In this document: in pieces, positions 48,182-58,762 of the stretch
How positions within the stretch are numbered: position 1 is the stretch's first letter
How the letters are laid out: every line of letters begins with the position of its first letter
Virus record (IMG/VR): IMGVR_UViG_3300033984_000268
Span: 24,359 to 88,358 of that record
Direction: 5' to 3' (one strand)
From: a virus
Lineage: Duplodnaviria > Caudoviricetes
Length of the DNA: 64,000 bases
Position numbers and translations under genes: made by a program
Notes under the pieces: generated by a model
What the model saw: the letters and a program-made list of their open reading frames with translations, nothing else
What the model was told of the DNA's origin: nothing
Databases searched by the model: none

Positions 48182-49798
48182 TTATAAAGAACCACCTGTT
48201 AAAGGATTTCTCATAACGATTTTCAATACTTTAGTAGGATCTTCTACTTTGATCGCAGGCATTGCTTGCGTCATGTAGATTTGGTATCCATTGAAGTTAC
48301 CAGAAGATTGGAACCCTTGAGTTCTTCCTAGGTAATCCATAGTACCATTCACGTATCTCCACTGAAGGTCTTTATTCCAAGCTGATTTTAACAACTTGAT
48401 GTTATCATTACCATTTTCAGTGATGTCGAAAATAATGAATGAATAAGAAGACAATCTATGACCATCGATGATTGGGTTTTCGATTTCGTTGTTTTGCAAG
48501 TTATCGAAAGCAGGGTTCAATACAAACTTGATGTTTGCTAAGAAAGGAATCATGTACTCTGTGAAAGAGAATCCGAAACCTAAATCCATCCCTTGGTTCT
48601 TAACAGCTCCAAGTTCTTTAGCATTCATAACCAAACCAGAAGACATTGCTTCACGTTTGATAGCTTCATTGATTAATCTCATACCACCCATACCAGTTTG
48701 TACGATCAACTGACGTTGAGAGTCTGGTCCTTGGAAGTCAACTTTACCATTGTAGAAGTTGAAGATTTCAGAACGGAAGATGTCTAAACGGAAATCAGCT
48801 TTGTTGTAAACATGTTTGAAAGACAAATCTAATTGTTTCCAAAGTCCAACTGATAAACGTAAATCATCTGGTCCATCTTGCTTGATACGACCACCTTTAC
48901 CCCACATAAGGTAAGTTTCGATGTCATAAGCAATTTTAGAAAGGTGAGCTGCTTCTAATTTCGTGATGAAAGAACGAACAAGATTTCCATTCTCTTGTGC
49001 TTTTTTCACGTAATCAACACCTCTTTCTTTTACCATACCTTCTAATGTATTGATAGAAGGATCCATAGTTGTATCAAAGTTTTTCCAGATTTCAGTTACA
49101 GGAACTGAACCATCTACTTTCATACCACCTTTCTCCATCAATTTAACTTTAGAAGAGATTGTGTAATGCACGTGTGCATCTGAATTTCCTACGTAGTTGT
49201 AGAACTCACGAGTTGAGTGAGTCATAGAAAGATCAGAATATCTTTCACCGTACTCACCACGAGCAGAACCTACTCTAAAGAAATACGTGTTGTTCGTCAA
49301 GAAACGGTTATCAAATACACCTTCAGAATCATTGTTTGGCATTTGAACTGTATAGATTACACCATCACCTAAATCAAGGATGTCCTCGTCAGTGATATAT
49401 AACTCTTTACCATTGAACTTATCATAAGTGATTATATCACCATGACCAAAAGTTCTTTTGTTCATTTTGATTTTAAACGGTGTACCATCTAAACCTTTGC
49501 TCGTGTTGTTTGGATCTAAATCCTCAACAATGAACGGAAGTTCTTCAGAAACTGGTGTGCTCCATTTATACTCACCTCTTGGGTGTTGAACCTCAATTAC
49601 GTTCTTACCGTTGAATGAAGACATTTGATATAAAGGCATCTCAACTTTTTTAACTTGAGCCCATAATTCAATAGGACCTAAATCATCAGGTTGTGCGTCT
49701 TTCATCAAGTTCATTAAGTGGTAAGAATCCACATGAGAGCTCGCTGTGTAATGGTTGTCACGAAGGAACATACCATTATTTAAAACTGGTGTACTCAT
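48182..49798 (-). CDS. Major capsid protein (crAss-like, HK97 fold)
   Basis: 538 aa after portal and scaffold genes; EYKW, GSARGEYGE, LMWGKGG, GLWKQL and TGMGG motifs; codon bias of a highly expressed gene; terminator follows. Confidence 0.85.
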   Translation of the reverse strand: MSTPVLNNGMFLRDNHYTASSHVDSYHLMNLMKDAQPDDLGPIELWAQVKKVEMPLYQMSSFNGKNVIEVQHPRGEYKWSTPVSEELPFIVEDLDPNNTSKGLDGTPFKIKMNKRTFGHGDIITYDKFNGKELYITDEDILDLGDGVIYTVQMPNNDSEGVFDNRFLTNNTYFFRVGSARGEYGERYSDLSMTHSTREFYNYVGNSDAHVHYTISSKVKLMEKGGMKVDGSVPVTEIWKNFDTTMDPSINTLEGMVKERGVDYVKKAQENGNLVRSFITKLEAAHLSKIAYDIETYLMWGKGGRIKQDGPDDLRLSVGLWKQLDLSFKHVYNKADFRLDIFRSEIFNFYNGKVDFQGPDSQRQLIVQTGMGGMRLINEAIKREAMSSGLVMNAKELGAVKNQGMDLGFGFSFTEYMIPFLANIKFVLNPAFDNLQNNEIENPIIDGHRLSSYSFIIFDITENGNDNIKLLKSAWNKDLQWRYVNGTMDYLGRTQGFQSSGNFNGYQIYMTQAMPAIKVEDPTKVLKIVMRNPLTGGSL

Positions 49799-49824
49799 TT
49801 ATTTGTTATTTATTAATTACTAAT

Positions 49825-51096
49825 TTATCTTGCAAAAATGTTTCTTGCACTTTTCTTCAACGTACCACGTTGGTTACTTCCTTCTTTGGTATCAGTTACT
49901 GAAGATGAACCTTGTCTTGAAGCTTCTTCTGTCTTTAACATCCTTACCGTTTTTGCATTGGCATCTTTGCTACCTATTTGTTTTATGTTGTTACGGTAAT
50001 CATCTGGATCTGCTAACAACCATAGTGCTTCTGCAACTAATGATGGATTTGCATTTTTTCCAAATTGGTGCTGCTCTAACAAATATCCTAAAGCATTTGT
50101 AGGTTTCCCTTCTGCAGTTTGATATTTACTTGAATCAACTAAACCGTAGTACAACATGTTTTGAACTTTAGAATTTAATGGAATCCCATTAAGCTCTGTA
50201 GTGTTCAGTGTTTTGTATATTGTATTCGTGTACTCTTTTTGAGTTTCCTCTTTTCTAATTTTTGATGCTTGTTGATCTTTCAATCTTTTTTCAACAACCT
50301 CTGCTTGTTTTGAATCTAACTTCGGTTTGTATCTTTCAGCAAATTTTTGAAGATCCCCTCTATCTTTTAGGATATTAATTTCATCTTCAATTTCTTCTGT
50401 TGTATCAAAAGTTTGAGAAGCTTGATACCATTGTCTGATAATATCTTCTTGATCTTTTTCAACTGTAACATCTAAATCAAAAGTTTCTTGAACCTTTGCA
50501 AGTTGTGCAAAAATTGATTTTGTATCCTGGCCACCATTTAATGCATAATGTACAGCCGCTTGAACTTCTTCAGGTAATTGTTTGAATAGTTCAACTGGTG
50601 CATTCTGTGCAGCACTGGAAACCTGTGAAGAAATGTTTGCTTGAATCAATTCCTTGAAATCAGCTAACGTATAATCTTCTAAAGATTTATCATCATCAAA
50701 TGCTTGCAACGTACCGTCTTCGATAAGACTTTTTGCTGCTTCAATCATTGCATCTTTACTTAACGTAGGTCTTCCACCTTTGTTAACAGGAGCTTCGTCT
50801 TCATCTTCTTCATCATCAGATAAATTAGAATCTACTGCACTCGCAACTGCATTTTTTAATTGATCATTGCTTGCATCTTTTAATGCTTCAGGTGTAGCAC
50901 TATCAATGTCATTGTCAAGGAACGATGTGTCAACATTGCCTGAATTTAAAACCGAAGGTTTGGTACTTGTACCAGTTACAATCGATGCGGAATCAATTCC
51001 TAATAATTCATCCAAGTTATCAAAATCAACTTCCTCTACCGTTGTAGTGGAAGCGTTTGCTGCTGCATCTGCAGCTGCTCTTTCTTCTTCTGTCAT
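49825..51096 (-). CDS. Acidic scaffold-like protein
   Basis: Very acidic N-terminus, helical; lies between portal and MCP as in crAss-like genomes. Confidence 0.6.
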   Translation of the reverse strand: MTEEERAAADAAANASTTTVEEVDFDNLDELLGIDSASIVTGTSTKPSVLNSGNVDTSFLDNDIDSATPEALKDASNDQLKNAVASAVDSNLSDDEEDEDEAPVNKGGRPTLSKDAMIEAAKSLIEDGTLQAFDDDKSLEDYTLADFKELIQANISSQVSSAAQNAPVELFKQLPEEVQAAVHYALNGGQDTKSIFAQLAKVQETFDLDVTVEKDQEDIIRQWYQASQTFDTTEEIEDEINILKDRGDLQKFAERYKPKLDSKQAEVVEKRLKDQQASKIRKEETQKEYTNTIYKTLNTTELNGIPLNSKVQNMLYYGLVDSSKYQTAEGKPTNALGYLLEQHQFGKNANPSLVAEALWLLADPDDYRNNIKQIGSKDANAKTVRMLKTEEASRQGSSSVTDTKEGSNQRGTLKKSARNIFAR

Positions 51097-51125
51097 AATG
51101 TGTTGGTTTTATTACTGACTATAAT

Positions 51126-51133
51126 TAATATAC
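51126..51133 (-). promoter_or_regulatory. GTATATTA putative phage late-promoter motif
   Basis: Intergenic, upstream of the scaffold-MCP operon; recurrent motif. Confidence 0.5.
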
Positions 51134-51225
51134 GCAAAAATATTGGTTTTTAAATATAATATGTTTAACTATTTTTAAGTACACTTTAGTTTTGAAACAT
51201 ACTATAGTTAAAACCTAACAAATCA

Positions 51226-53961
51226 TTACTTGTTAGGTTTTTTCTGATCAAATTTATTCTTGTTTTCACGTGCGATTGCAAAATCCATTTGTTTGTTTCT
51301 GCTATCAGTTGCTAGTTTTTCACGTTCTAAATCAAGCTTTTGTTGAGCAATGTTGTTTCTATTGTTTTCTTTTTCTTGATTAAACCCCATTGTCTGTTGG
51401 TATTCATCTGAAGATTTAATTTCTTTCATTGCATCAGTATAATCTGATTCTTGATTTTGATTAATATCTTGTTGAGCTCCATATCCAGAAGATTTAATTT
51501 CAGCTTCCAATAAACGATTTCTACGATCTTTTTCTTTCTCTCTGGATTCATGATCCATAAGCATTTGTTTTTCTTGCTGTCTTGCTTGGATTTCAGCTTC
51601 TTGTTGTTGTTGTGCTTGTTGCGCTTCTTCTTGACGACGAGCATCTGCTTTTTGTTCAATTGCTTTTAATGCATTGTTGATTGTTCCTAAAGAGTCCGAC
51701 TGCATAAGTTTACCTAAATCGTAAACAGAAGCACCAGTTGTATTATTAGAAATAAATAATTGTTTTAACTGTTCAAGGATTGCACGATTATTTGCATTTG
51801 TATTACAGAATACATTTAAGTCGATTAGTAATAAATCTGTACCATTGATTTCAAAATTTGCTCTTTCGTCTTGTGCAATCATTCCTTGCAAACGAACTGA
51901 TGATTTTGTTGAATGATAATATTGTGCAAGGTTAGTACGCATCTCGTGTACACGCGGCATTAATTGATCACAGTGTTGTGCAAAGTATGTTTCAGTTTGT
52001 GCAAATGAACCAGTCATTGCTTGTTCTACACCAGTTGCTGTATTTATCTGACCAAGTTGTTGGCCCATACGTTGAGGATTTAACCCTACAACTTCCATTG
52101 CTTGTTGTTTGAAATAATTAGCAAGTTGAATACGTGACATCAATCTTTGTGATTGTTCCATGTTTAAAACTTGGTAATGTTGGAAGTTGGTTGCACTTTC
52201 TGTATTAGCAATACTTGGATCTAATGGAAGCATTGAAAAATCTTTCATTGCTACGTATGCTTTAGCCAAGTTACCTTTCCCCCAGTCTTCACCCATAGAA
52301 TGTTTTGGTAATGCATTTTGGTCAAGTACAACAACGGTTCCAATCTCATCAATAAGAATGTCAGAGATTTGGTTGTTAACGACGTTAAATCCAATTTGTG
52401 CAGGTTTCATTAAATCAACTAATGAAATTGATTTAGTATTTCTATCTGAAAACACACGACCTTCGATTGGAAGTTTACATCCGTATAATGTTTGATCACC
52501 TTTAAATTGAAAACGTAATGGTCCAGGAGTTCTTCTACCAACACCAATATAAATAGGATCGAAATCACTATCTTGATTTGTGTTAAAGATTGTACGGTTG
52601 TTACCTATCTTAACCCCACCAATAGTTTGGTTAATCCAAATCCATTCAATGTGGTCACCAAATACTAAATTATTTTCAGTTTTATTTTCAGTGAAGGTGG
52701 TGTTATATATTGGTTGATCAACAACTAAATAATGCTCATCTACAATTGATGTTATTACTGCACCATCTGCATCAATCTTTGTTAAGTGTCCTATCTTTCT
52801 TTGTGTTTTCCAATACACTGTAGAAACACGTAGCATTTCTGAATTATGCAAAAGCCCTGTATGTTCACTTTCTCCAATAATCCAAGATACAACGTCATGC
52901 GCATCGTATGCATTATCCATGTAAGTAAGATGGCGTTTCATATCAACACCTGTTTTTCTATTTTCGTCAACCGAAAGATCAGAGTCATACAAAGAACCAT
53001 CGTTTGGAACACCATCAATCATATAACGAGCAGAACGTGCAGGATGCAACAATTCAAGTGTTTCTAATTGATCGGCTGTCATTAAATAACCATATTTATC
53101 TACAACATCTGCTATAGTTAACATGTCAATCCAACCAGCCCAGTTTGCTTGTGAGATGTATTGTGTGCTTGGTGATTTATGGTAAAATGTTAATGCTGGG
53201 TTCAACAATTCAATGTTGTAGTCATCTTCCAACATTTTAAAATGCCAAAATTCACAATCAGCAATCAATGAATCTCTAAAAGCAACTTCTTCCATTTCAT
53301 CCATACGGAATCGATTGACATCAATTGCATGTTGTTTAGAAGCCCATTGCTCACCCAACGTCTGATATTTTTTAGAATAAAAATCTTCAATTCCTGGAAG
53401 TTTTTTTAATGCTTCTGGATCAAGTTGTTGCTGCGCTTCTTCAGAATTAGGATCCATTCCCATTTCTAGCATTTGAGCCATTAACTTTTGTTGTGCATGT
53501 TCAATCAATACAGAACTTATATCCTGTACTTTTTTATCCATGATTTCATTAAAAGAATACTCATCTATAGCACGATAATCAATGCGTGTATTTCTTTTTG
53601 CAAATTCACTAACAAGTGTATTGATTACATTAGGTATGATTGGATAGAATTTTAATTCCATTGCGCTATCGCGATCTTCAGTAAGAACTTCCAACATCTC
53701 TGTCATGTCATTCTCTACAGTAGGAATGTAATCAGACTTGTCGATTGTACCTTTAGCCAACTTATAATTTTTCATTATACGTCGAGCCTTGCTAGAAATT
53801 TGTTTAATTCCTTGCCATTCTAACCAATCCATGTTATGCCTGTACCACTCATCATCTTTTTCATCAGCAGGTAAAAACTGTATTGGTTGGGTAAATACAC
53901 CAAATTTACTTTTTTTGGTTTTTTTACCTTTCTTAATGTCCATTGCGTTTATTAACTCCAT
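51226..53961 (-). CDS. Portal protein
   Basis: 911 aa directly after TerL; FYPIIPNVIN.LVSE, WIWIN...GVKI and SLVDLMKP.Q motifs; long coiled-coil C-terminus typical of crAss-like portals. Confidence 0.85.
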   Translation of the reverse strand: MELINAMDIKKGKKTKKSKFGVFTQPIQFLPADEKDDEWYRHNMDWLEWQGIKQISSKARRIMKNYKLAKGTIDKSDYIPTVENDMTEMLEVLTEDRDSAMELKFYPIIPNVINTLVSEFAKRNTRIDYRAIDEYSFNEIMDKKVQDISSVLIEHAQQKLMAQMLEMGMDPNSEEAQQQLDPEALKKLPGIEDFYSKKYQTLGEQWASKQHAIDVNRFRMDEMEEVAFRDSLIADCEFWHFKMLEDDYNIELLNPALTFYHKSPSTQYISQANWAGWIDMLTIADVVDKYGYLMTADQLETLELLHPARSARYMIDGVPNDGSLYDSDLSVDENRKTGVDMKRHLTYMDNAYDAHDVVSWIIGESEHTGLLHNSEMLRVSTVYWKTQRKIGHLTKIDADGAVITSIVDEHYLVVDQPIYNTTFTENKTENNLVFGDHIEWIWINQTIGGVKIGNNRTIFNTNQDSDFDPIYIGVGRRTPGPLRFQFKGDQTLYGCKLPIEGRVFSDRNTKSISLVDLMKPAQIGFNVVNNQISDILIDEIGTVVVLDQNALPKHSMGEDWGKGNLAKAYVAMKDFSMLPLDPSIANTESATNFQHYQVLNMEQSQRLMSRIQLANYFKQQAMEVVGLNPQRMGQQLGQINTATGVEQAMTGSFAQTETYFAQHCDQLMPRVHEMRTNLAQYYHSTKSSVRLQGMIAQDERANFEINGTDLLLIDLNVFCNTNANNRAILEQLKQLFISNNTTGASVYDLGKLMQSDSLGTINNALKAIEQKADARRQEEAQQAQQQQEAEIQARQQEKQMLMDHESREKEKDRRNRLLEAEIKSSGYGAQQDINQNQESDYTDAMKEIKSSDEYQQTMGFNQEKENNRNNIAQQKLDLEREKLATDSRNKQMDFAIARENKNKFDQKKPNK

Positions 53962-53962
53962 G

Positions 53963-56188
53963 CTATTTTAAATTTTTGAATGGGTTTCTACTTTTAGTAA
54001 AGCTACTACTTTGTTTGTTCATTCCGATATTTTTAAAAGGACTTCTATTTAATTTATACAAATTTTCTGAATTTTCCAAATATTGAGCGTCTTCATATTC
54101 AACTCTTTTCTTTAAACCGCGATTTGATTCCTGAATTTTAACAAAGGTAATCAATGCACCCAAAGAAATCAACCTATCGACGTTTACTCCTGGTTGATAT
54201 TGTTCCATCTCTACCATGGCCATAATATCAGGTATTCTGCTGATACCAAAATACTTTTTGTACACTTTACCGTTCTCATCAACTTCCTCATCCAGTTCTT
54301 CTTTTAAGAACTCAATTAGGTAACTTAACATAACTGTTTTAAACAGAGTCGATACGTTTCTCCAACCATATTGTTGGAATTGAGTTTTTGATGCCTGTAC
54401 TTCTTTAGAAAGAACCATTTGAGATGATGGAACCAAATACTTCTGTTTGCGTTTGAATTGCATGTACTGAATAAATAATGGTACGTTGTTCTCAACTATT
54501 GTCCACGCTTGATACCATTCAATTAATATTTCCAGACGCTCATGGGTTTTATTAATGTCATCGAAACGACCACACCAACAAGCAACAATTTTATCGCCTT
54601 CAATGTGTACTTCAACTTCACCATTCTCTTTTACTCGTTGTACTTGTACAGGATTTTTATAAATGTAAATAGAACATAACGATTCTGATGTAACAGTTTT
54701 ACCTTCACCAACTGGATCGACAGATGCAAAATATGTTGTACAGAAATCTTTTTCTTCGTCGGGTTCTTCCCATATCTGAATTACACCAGTCTTATCTTCT
54801 GCTGCTTTTGGTATTGGAAAGTCTTTGATCGGTGGTTTGTTTGTTAACGATGCAACAATTCCACCAAGAGTATCATATTCTAATTTATATGATTTATATG
54901 GGTAATCACCCTCTTCAATATCGCGCTTATTGCTTTTAATTAATTGTGTTGGAAATATACTTTCGCCACGAAAAGCAAAGGCTTCTTCTAAATTAGTTGG
55001 ATGTTGTGAAATACGAATTTGATATTGTTCTGGATCCAAATCTTTTTTCCATTGAATACGTTTTTCTTTAATCGCATCAAGGGCTTCTTCAACTTTACTA
55101 TTTCCAAACTCATCAATGAACGGTGGCATTGACCATTGTTCAGGAATAAATAATCCTGTTTCAGCAGTAACGCCTTTGTCATTAATCCATTTATTTTTTA
55201 TACCATAAAAGCCATTTCCCTTTGGTTTGTACATGAATTTTTTCAATGGTTCACATTGTTTCAAATCACCTACTGATCCTGCAGCAATAAAGTATCCAGT
55301 AGTAATATCTCCAGACTCCATCGCTGGACGCATGAACTCGTATGTATTATCCATTGATTTAGCAATTCCAGCTTCTTCATAAAAGAATAAAGTACATAAA
55401 CCCCCTACCCCTGCTGTATCTGATTGTTCAAATGATAATGATTGAAGTACACCCTTTCTTCCTTTTTCAGTCTTACGTCCATTCTCAACGTACTCAATCT
55501 TTTGCTGCCATTCTCCAACACCACCTGGATTCATTGGACGATACCAAGCAGTATGTTTATTCAAGAAAATTCTATACGATTGTAAAATTTTCCATGTACC
55601 AGTTACACCTGTGATGTAGGCGGATAATGATGCTCCAATTTTTAGTATTGGTGATTGTTCGAACCAAAGTACATTTAGCAATTTTGCAGCGTGATATAAT
55701 GAAGAACCAAACTGACGTTTCTTTAAAACAACGCCATGTTCGTAATTTAATTCACCTATCCATTCATACAACGCCATGTGCATTTGTGAATCCCAAATGT
55801 CCGTAAAGTCATCTGTCTTTTTAACCTTGTCTGGTATTTGTAAAAAGTTAATCCAGAAATAGTAATCACGTGGTAAATACCATTGTTTAGTTCCTACTTT
55901 AAAAAATACTCCTTTCCGAGATTTTAATTTTTGCTCATCCCAATAATTAATAAAATCTCGACTTCCTTCTAATGCTTTGGTATAATAACCATGTTTCCTA
56001 AAGTGATTTCCTGGTTCCTGAAAGATTTGAATTGTTTCGTCAAATTCATATTCACCGGGTTCTTTAAAATAATTTGTTTCCAAATCATTTTTAAATTCCT
56101 CTCTTGACTTATACGATACAAATCCCCATACTCCATTATCATAACAGGGTATTTCTTTGTATATAGGACCTAATTTATCACTTGCCAT
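53963..56188 (-). CDS. terL: Terminase large subunit
   Basis: Walker A-like LKKRQFGSS, Walker B FFYEEAG, coupling motif AAGSVG, RNase H-like ASVDPV, and VENN. Confidence 0.93.
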   Translation of the reverse strand: MASDKLGPIYKEIPCYDNGVWGFVSYKSREEFKNDLETNYFKEPGEYEFDETIQIFQEPGNHFRKHGYYTKALEGSRDFINYWDEQKLKSRKGVFFKVGTKQWYLPRDYYFWINFLQIPDKVKKTDDFTDIWDSQMHMALYEWIGELNYEHGVVLKKRQFGSSLYHAAKLLNVLWFEQSPILKIGASLSAYITGVTGTWKILQSYRIFLNKHTAWYRPMNPGGVGEWQQKIEYVENGRKTEKGRKGVLQSLSFEQSDTAGVGGLCTLFFYEEAGIAKSMDNTYEFMRPAMESGDITTGYFIAAGSVGDLKQCEPLKKFMYKPKGNGFYGIKNKWINDKGVTAETGLFIPEQWSMPPFIDEFGNSKVEEALDAIKEKRIQWKKDLDPEQYQIRISQHPTNLEEAFAFRGESIFPTQLIKSNKRDIEEGDYPYKSYKLEYDTLGGIVASLTNKPPIKDFPIPKAAEDKTGVIQIWEEPDEEKDFCTTYFASVDPVGEGKTVTSESLCSIYIYKNPVQVQRVKENGEVEVHIEGDKIVACWCGRFDDINKTHERLEILIEWYQAWTIVENNVPLFIQYMQFKRKQKYLVPSSQMVLSKEVQASKTQFQQYGWRNVSTLFKTVMLSYLIEFLKEELDEEVDENGKVYKKYFGISRIPDIMAMVEMEQYQPGVNVDRLISLGALITFVKIQESNRGLKKRVEYEDAQYLENSENLYKLNRSPFKNIGMNKQSSSFTKSRNPFKNLK

Positions 56189-56198
56189 ATTTTAAGTA

Positions 56199-56711
56199 TT
56201 AATCATCATAAGATAATCGACTACCACCTCTTGCTCTTGATGATTGCTCTTCTTCCAGATCTTTGGCTACACCTTTAAATGATTTTCGAATACCATCAAA
56301 GTTTTTTGCAGCTTGTATGATTGCAGAAAGGTTACCATCTCTACCATCAGTAATAGTTTGAGTATTCATGTAATTAGCAAGTTCTTCAAGCATATTTGCA
56401 ATACCGTTGTATGCACGTACTGTTGGCGTTTCATACAATCTATTTGCTTTCTGCATTGCTTTTATAATCAACGGATCTTCTGTATCAAAGTCAGCTTTAA
56501 TATCTTTTAAAATCTCTCTATCCAGTCCATCTTGCGGTCTATTGAAGTATGGATTTTCTTCACTGCGACAAGACATGTAAAACAAGTAGCAGAAAACCTT
56601 TATGTGGTTTTCTGGAAAATTATCAATAATGTTCTTGAACTCTGCAATTGTATAACAATGCTCTGTAGGAAGAAGTGTTTTGTCTTTAATTTCGAATAAC
56701 TTAATGGCCAT
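56199..56711 (-). CDS. Conserved protein upstream of TerL (possible small terminase)
   Basis: Helical 170 aa; ITDGRDGN and C-terminal RARGG..LSYD; function inferred from position only. Confidence 0.4.
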   Translation of the reverse strand: MAIKLFEIKDKTLLPTEHCYTIAEFKNIIDNFPENHIKVFCYLFYMSCRSEENPYFNRPQDGLDREILKDIKADFDTEDPLIIKAMQKANRLYETPTVRAYNGIANMLEELANYMNTQTITDGRDGNLSAIIQAAKNFDGIRKSFKGVAKDLEEEQSSRARGGSRLSYDD

Positions 56712-57543
56712 TTTTTAATATTTTTTCGCGGTTTAACTGTACATATTTGAACATAGCAATTACTTCTTTTTCCAAGTATGGTATGTTATATGGTGTGATG
56801 CTTTTAACCATTGCATTTCCTTCTTTATCTAATTTTGCAATTGGATACCCATGCTTATCTAAACCAGCAAGTTCAAATTCAACATGATCAATTCGCATCA
56901 AACCAGGTTCTAAATTATAATTATGTTTTAACATCATGTACATATATGTACTTAATTGTAATGCATAATCATTAAAATTGCAATCATCCAAATGAGATAA
57001 CGGACCAAGCATTTTTTTAGTTTTGCCTGTGCGTGCATTTTTAAAACCTTCAGTGTCAATTTTCTTATTGGTTTTGTAATCATACAAATCAATTACATCC
57101 GCAACAACTTCAACTCTATCTGCTTGTCCACAAATACCAACAGACATTAAATAAATTAAATGTTCTGGATGTATGCCCTCAATTAATTGTTGTGCTGGTG
57201 CAATCTTAACATTGCCTTCCATTAACGGATTGATAATCGTTAAATCAATTCCTCTACGCGTAATAGTATTACAATTCAATGTATCTTTTTCACGTTGATC
57301 GTGATACCAGGAGCCAACTGTTACAGCACGTGTATTTTCAGCTTTCCAAATACCACGAATTTCTTCAGGCGTTTTACCAACATACTTTGGATTCTTTCCT
57401 TTGGAACATGCAATTGATATAGCAATTTCATCAAAAGGTTCTTTAAAGTAATGTATTAATCTTGTGACACTAATCCAATCTATTGGTTCTGTTCCTTCAG
57501 CACTTACGTACTTATGATCATCTGCATAAAATTTAATTGCCAT
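56701..57543 (-). CDS. PD-(D/E)XK (Cas4/RecB-like) nuclease
   Basis: SVT, GICGQADRV, DLYDYKTN and YALQLSTY motifs. Confidence 0.85.
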   Translation of the reverse strand: MAIKFYADDHKYVSAEGTEPIDWISVTRLIHYFKEPFDEIAISIACSKGKNPKYVGKTPEEIRGIWKAENTRAVTVGSWYHDQREKDTLNCNTITRRGIDLTIINPLMEGNVKIAPAQQLIEGIHPEHLIYLMSVGICGQADRVEVVADVIDLYDYKTNKKIDTEGFKNARTGKTKKMLGPLSHLDDCNFNDYALQLSTYMYMMLKHNYNLEPGLMRIDHVEFELAGLDKHGYPIAKLDKEGNAMVKSITPYNIPYLEKEVIAMFKYVQLNREKILKNGH

Positions 57544-57546
57544 AGT

Positions 57547-57831
57547 TTATATTTTTAATCCTAAAACGATTCCTTCTGCTAATTTTTGAACATCTTCATC
57601 ATCAGAATCTAACATTCCAAATAATTGTACACGTCTGGTTGCAGTCACTACACCTAAATCACTTGCTGCTTTTAAATGCTCGCGTATTGGACTTTGACGT
57701 ATTGCTTTGTTTACCATAGCATGTCCTCTTTCACCTGTCCTAACGGTAATTGTTCTTTGAGAGTCTAGTTTGTTGCTATGAAAATCCAGCAGTTTTTTCC
57801 AACTATCTTCTAAATCAAAATCTTGTGTCAT
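57547..57831 (-). CDS. Hypothetical protein (paralogue of adjacent gene)
   Basis: ORF track; C-terminal LG....QL..ML.S.D.....A..I shared with 57828-58124. Confidence 0.55.
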   Translation of the reverse strand: MTQDFDLEDSWKKLLDFHSNKLDSQRTITVRTGERGHAMVNKAIRQSPIREHLKAASDLGVVTATRRVQLFGMLDSDDEDVQKLAEGIVLGLKI

Positions 57832-58124
57832 ACTACTTGTAAATGTTTAGTTATTATCTTACGAGCCATTTCTGCAGATTCTCTATCAGAACTATTTAGC
57901 ATTGACTTCAGTTGAAAATACTGATTACTTTTAATAAATCCTAATGCAAGGATGTCACCAAGATTTTCGAAAATTGTATCTGCTTTTAATTCAGTAATTG
58001 ATGCACTTGAACCAATATCATTAAAAACCATCCCTGTACCATTATGTACTGAAAGTAAATCATTTGCAGTCATTCCATTTGGAATAGAATTCAAATCAAT
58101 CATGGTTGGATCATTCTGGAACAT
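57828..58124 (-). CDS. Hypothetical protein (paralogue of adjacent gene)
   Basis: ORF track; ATGA overlap with the downstream gene. Confidence 0.55.
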   Translation of the reverse strand: MFQNDPTMIDLNSIPNGMTANDLLSVHNGTGMVFNDIGSSASITELKADTIFENLGDILALGFIKSNQYFQLKSMLNSSDRESAEMARKIITKHLQVV

Positions 58125-58428
58125 CTTCTCTTAATTTTTGTTGTAACATATATTCTTCTTCGAATGTAAGAATTGCTTTCCATCTTGGTTCTTCCAATGG
58201 ACAAGATGCAGACAATGATCTCCATTTTAATTTCATTGAGCAACCACAATCGCCACAGCAAGGACCAGTTCCAGGTACTGCACATTTTCCATCAAATAAT
58301 ATACAACCTTCGCAAAACTTTTTACGTTCTGCAGCAATTTCTTCTATGTGATCAACTTTGAATATATTATTCTTTATCCCCTCCAGGATTTGCCCTTTTG
58401 CTTTCCAAATTTTTATTACGCTTTTCAT
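58111..58428 (-). CDS. Small Cys-rich (Zn-finger-like) protein
   Basis: R..FCEGC...C......CCGDCGC...K.RSLSASCP....W pattern. Confidence 0.65.
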   Translation of the reverse strand: MKSVIKIWKAKGQILEGIKNNIFKVDHIEEIAAERKKFCEGCILFDGKCAVPGTGPCCGDCGCSMKLKWRSLSASCPLEEPRWKAILTFEEEYMLQQKLREDVPE

Positions 58429-58762
58429 ACAATGGTTCGTAGTATTTATTACAATTTTCTAATGCTTCTTCTTTTTGAGTTAGTTGTTCCTGCGTGAACT
58501 TAAACCTAATGACTTTTTTAAAGTCTTCCTGTTCATTACTTGACAGAAGTTTTTTAAGTCCTGTAATGTCACGTTTTAATTTAACTCGACTCAATCTTAA
58601 TGTTCCAAGTCCATGAAGAAAGATTGTAGTGTGTTTCATTGCTTCAATCTTTTTTCTTACAGTAGAGTAGTAGAAATCCACTACATCTTGTGTTAGACTT
58701 TCAGATACCCCAAGGTCATCTGCAGTTTTCTTTATTAATGTTCTACCCTTTGTTGGTTTCAA
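58367..58762 (-). CDS. HU/IHF-like DNA-binding protein
   Basis: LIKKTADDLGVSESLTQDVVDFYY...IFLHGLGTL matches the HU/IHF fold pattern. Confidence 0.7.
   Translation of the reverse strand: MKPTKGRTLIKKTADDLGVSESLTQDVVDFYYSTVRKKIEAMKHTTIFLHGLGTLRLSRVKLKRDITGLKKLLSSNEQEDFKKVIRFKFTQEQLTQKEEALENCNKYYEPLYEKRNKNLESKRANPGGDKE

Noticed and set aside
56701-57543. Cas4-like nuclease as part of a CRISPR system
   Set aside because: No array or other cas genes, and no four-Cys Fe-S pattern evident; stand-alone PD-(D/E)XK nucleases are usual beside crAss-like terL.
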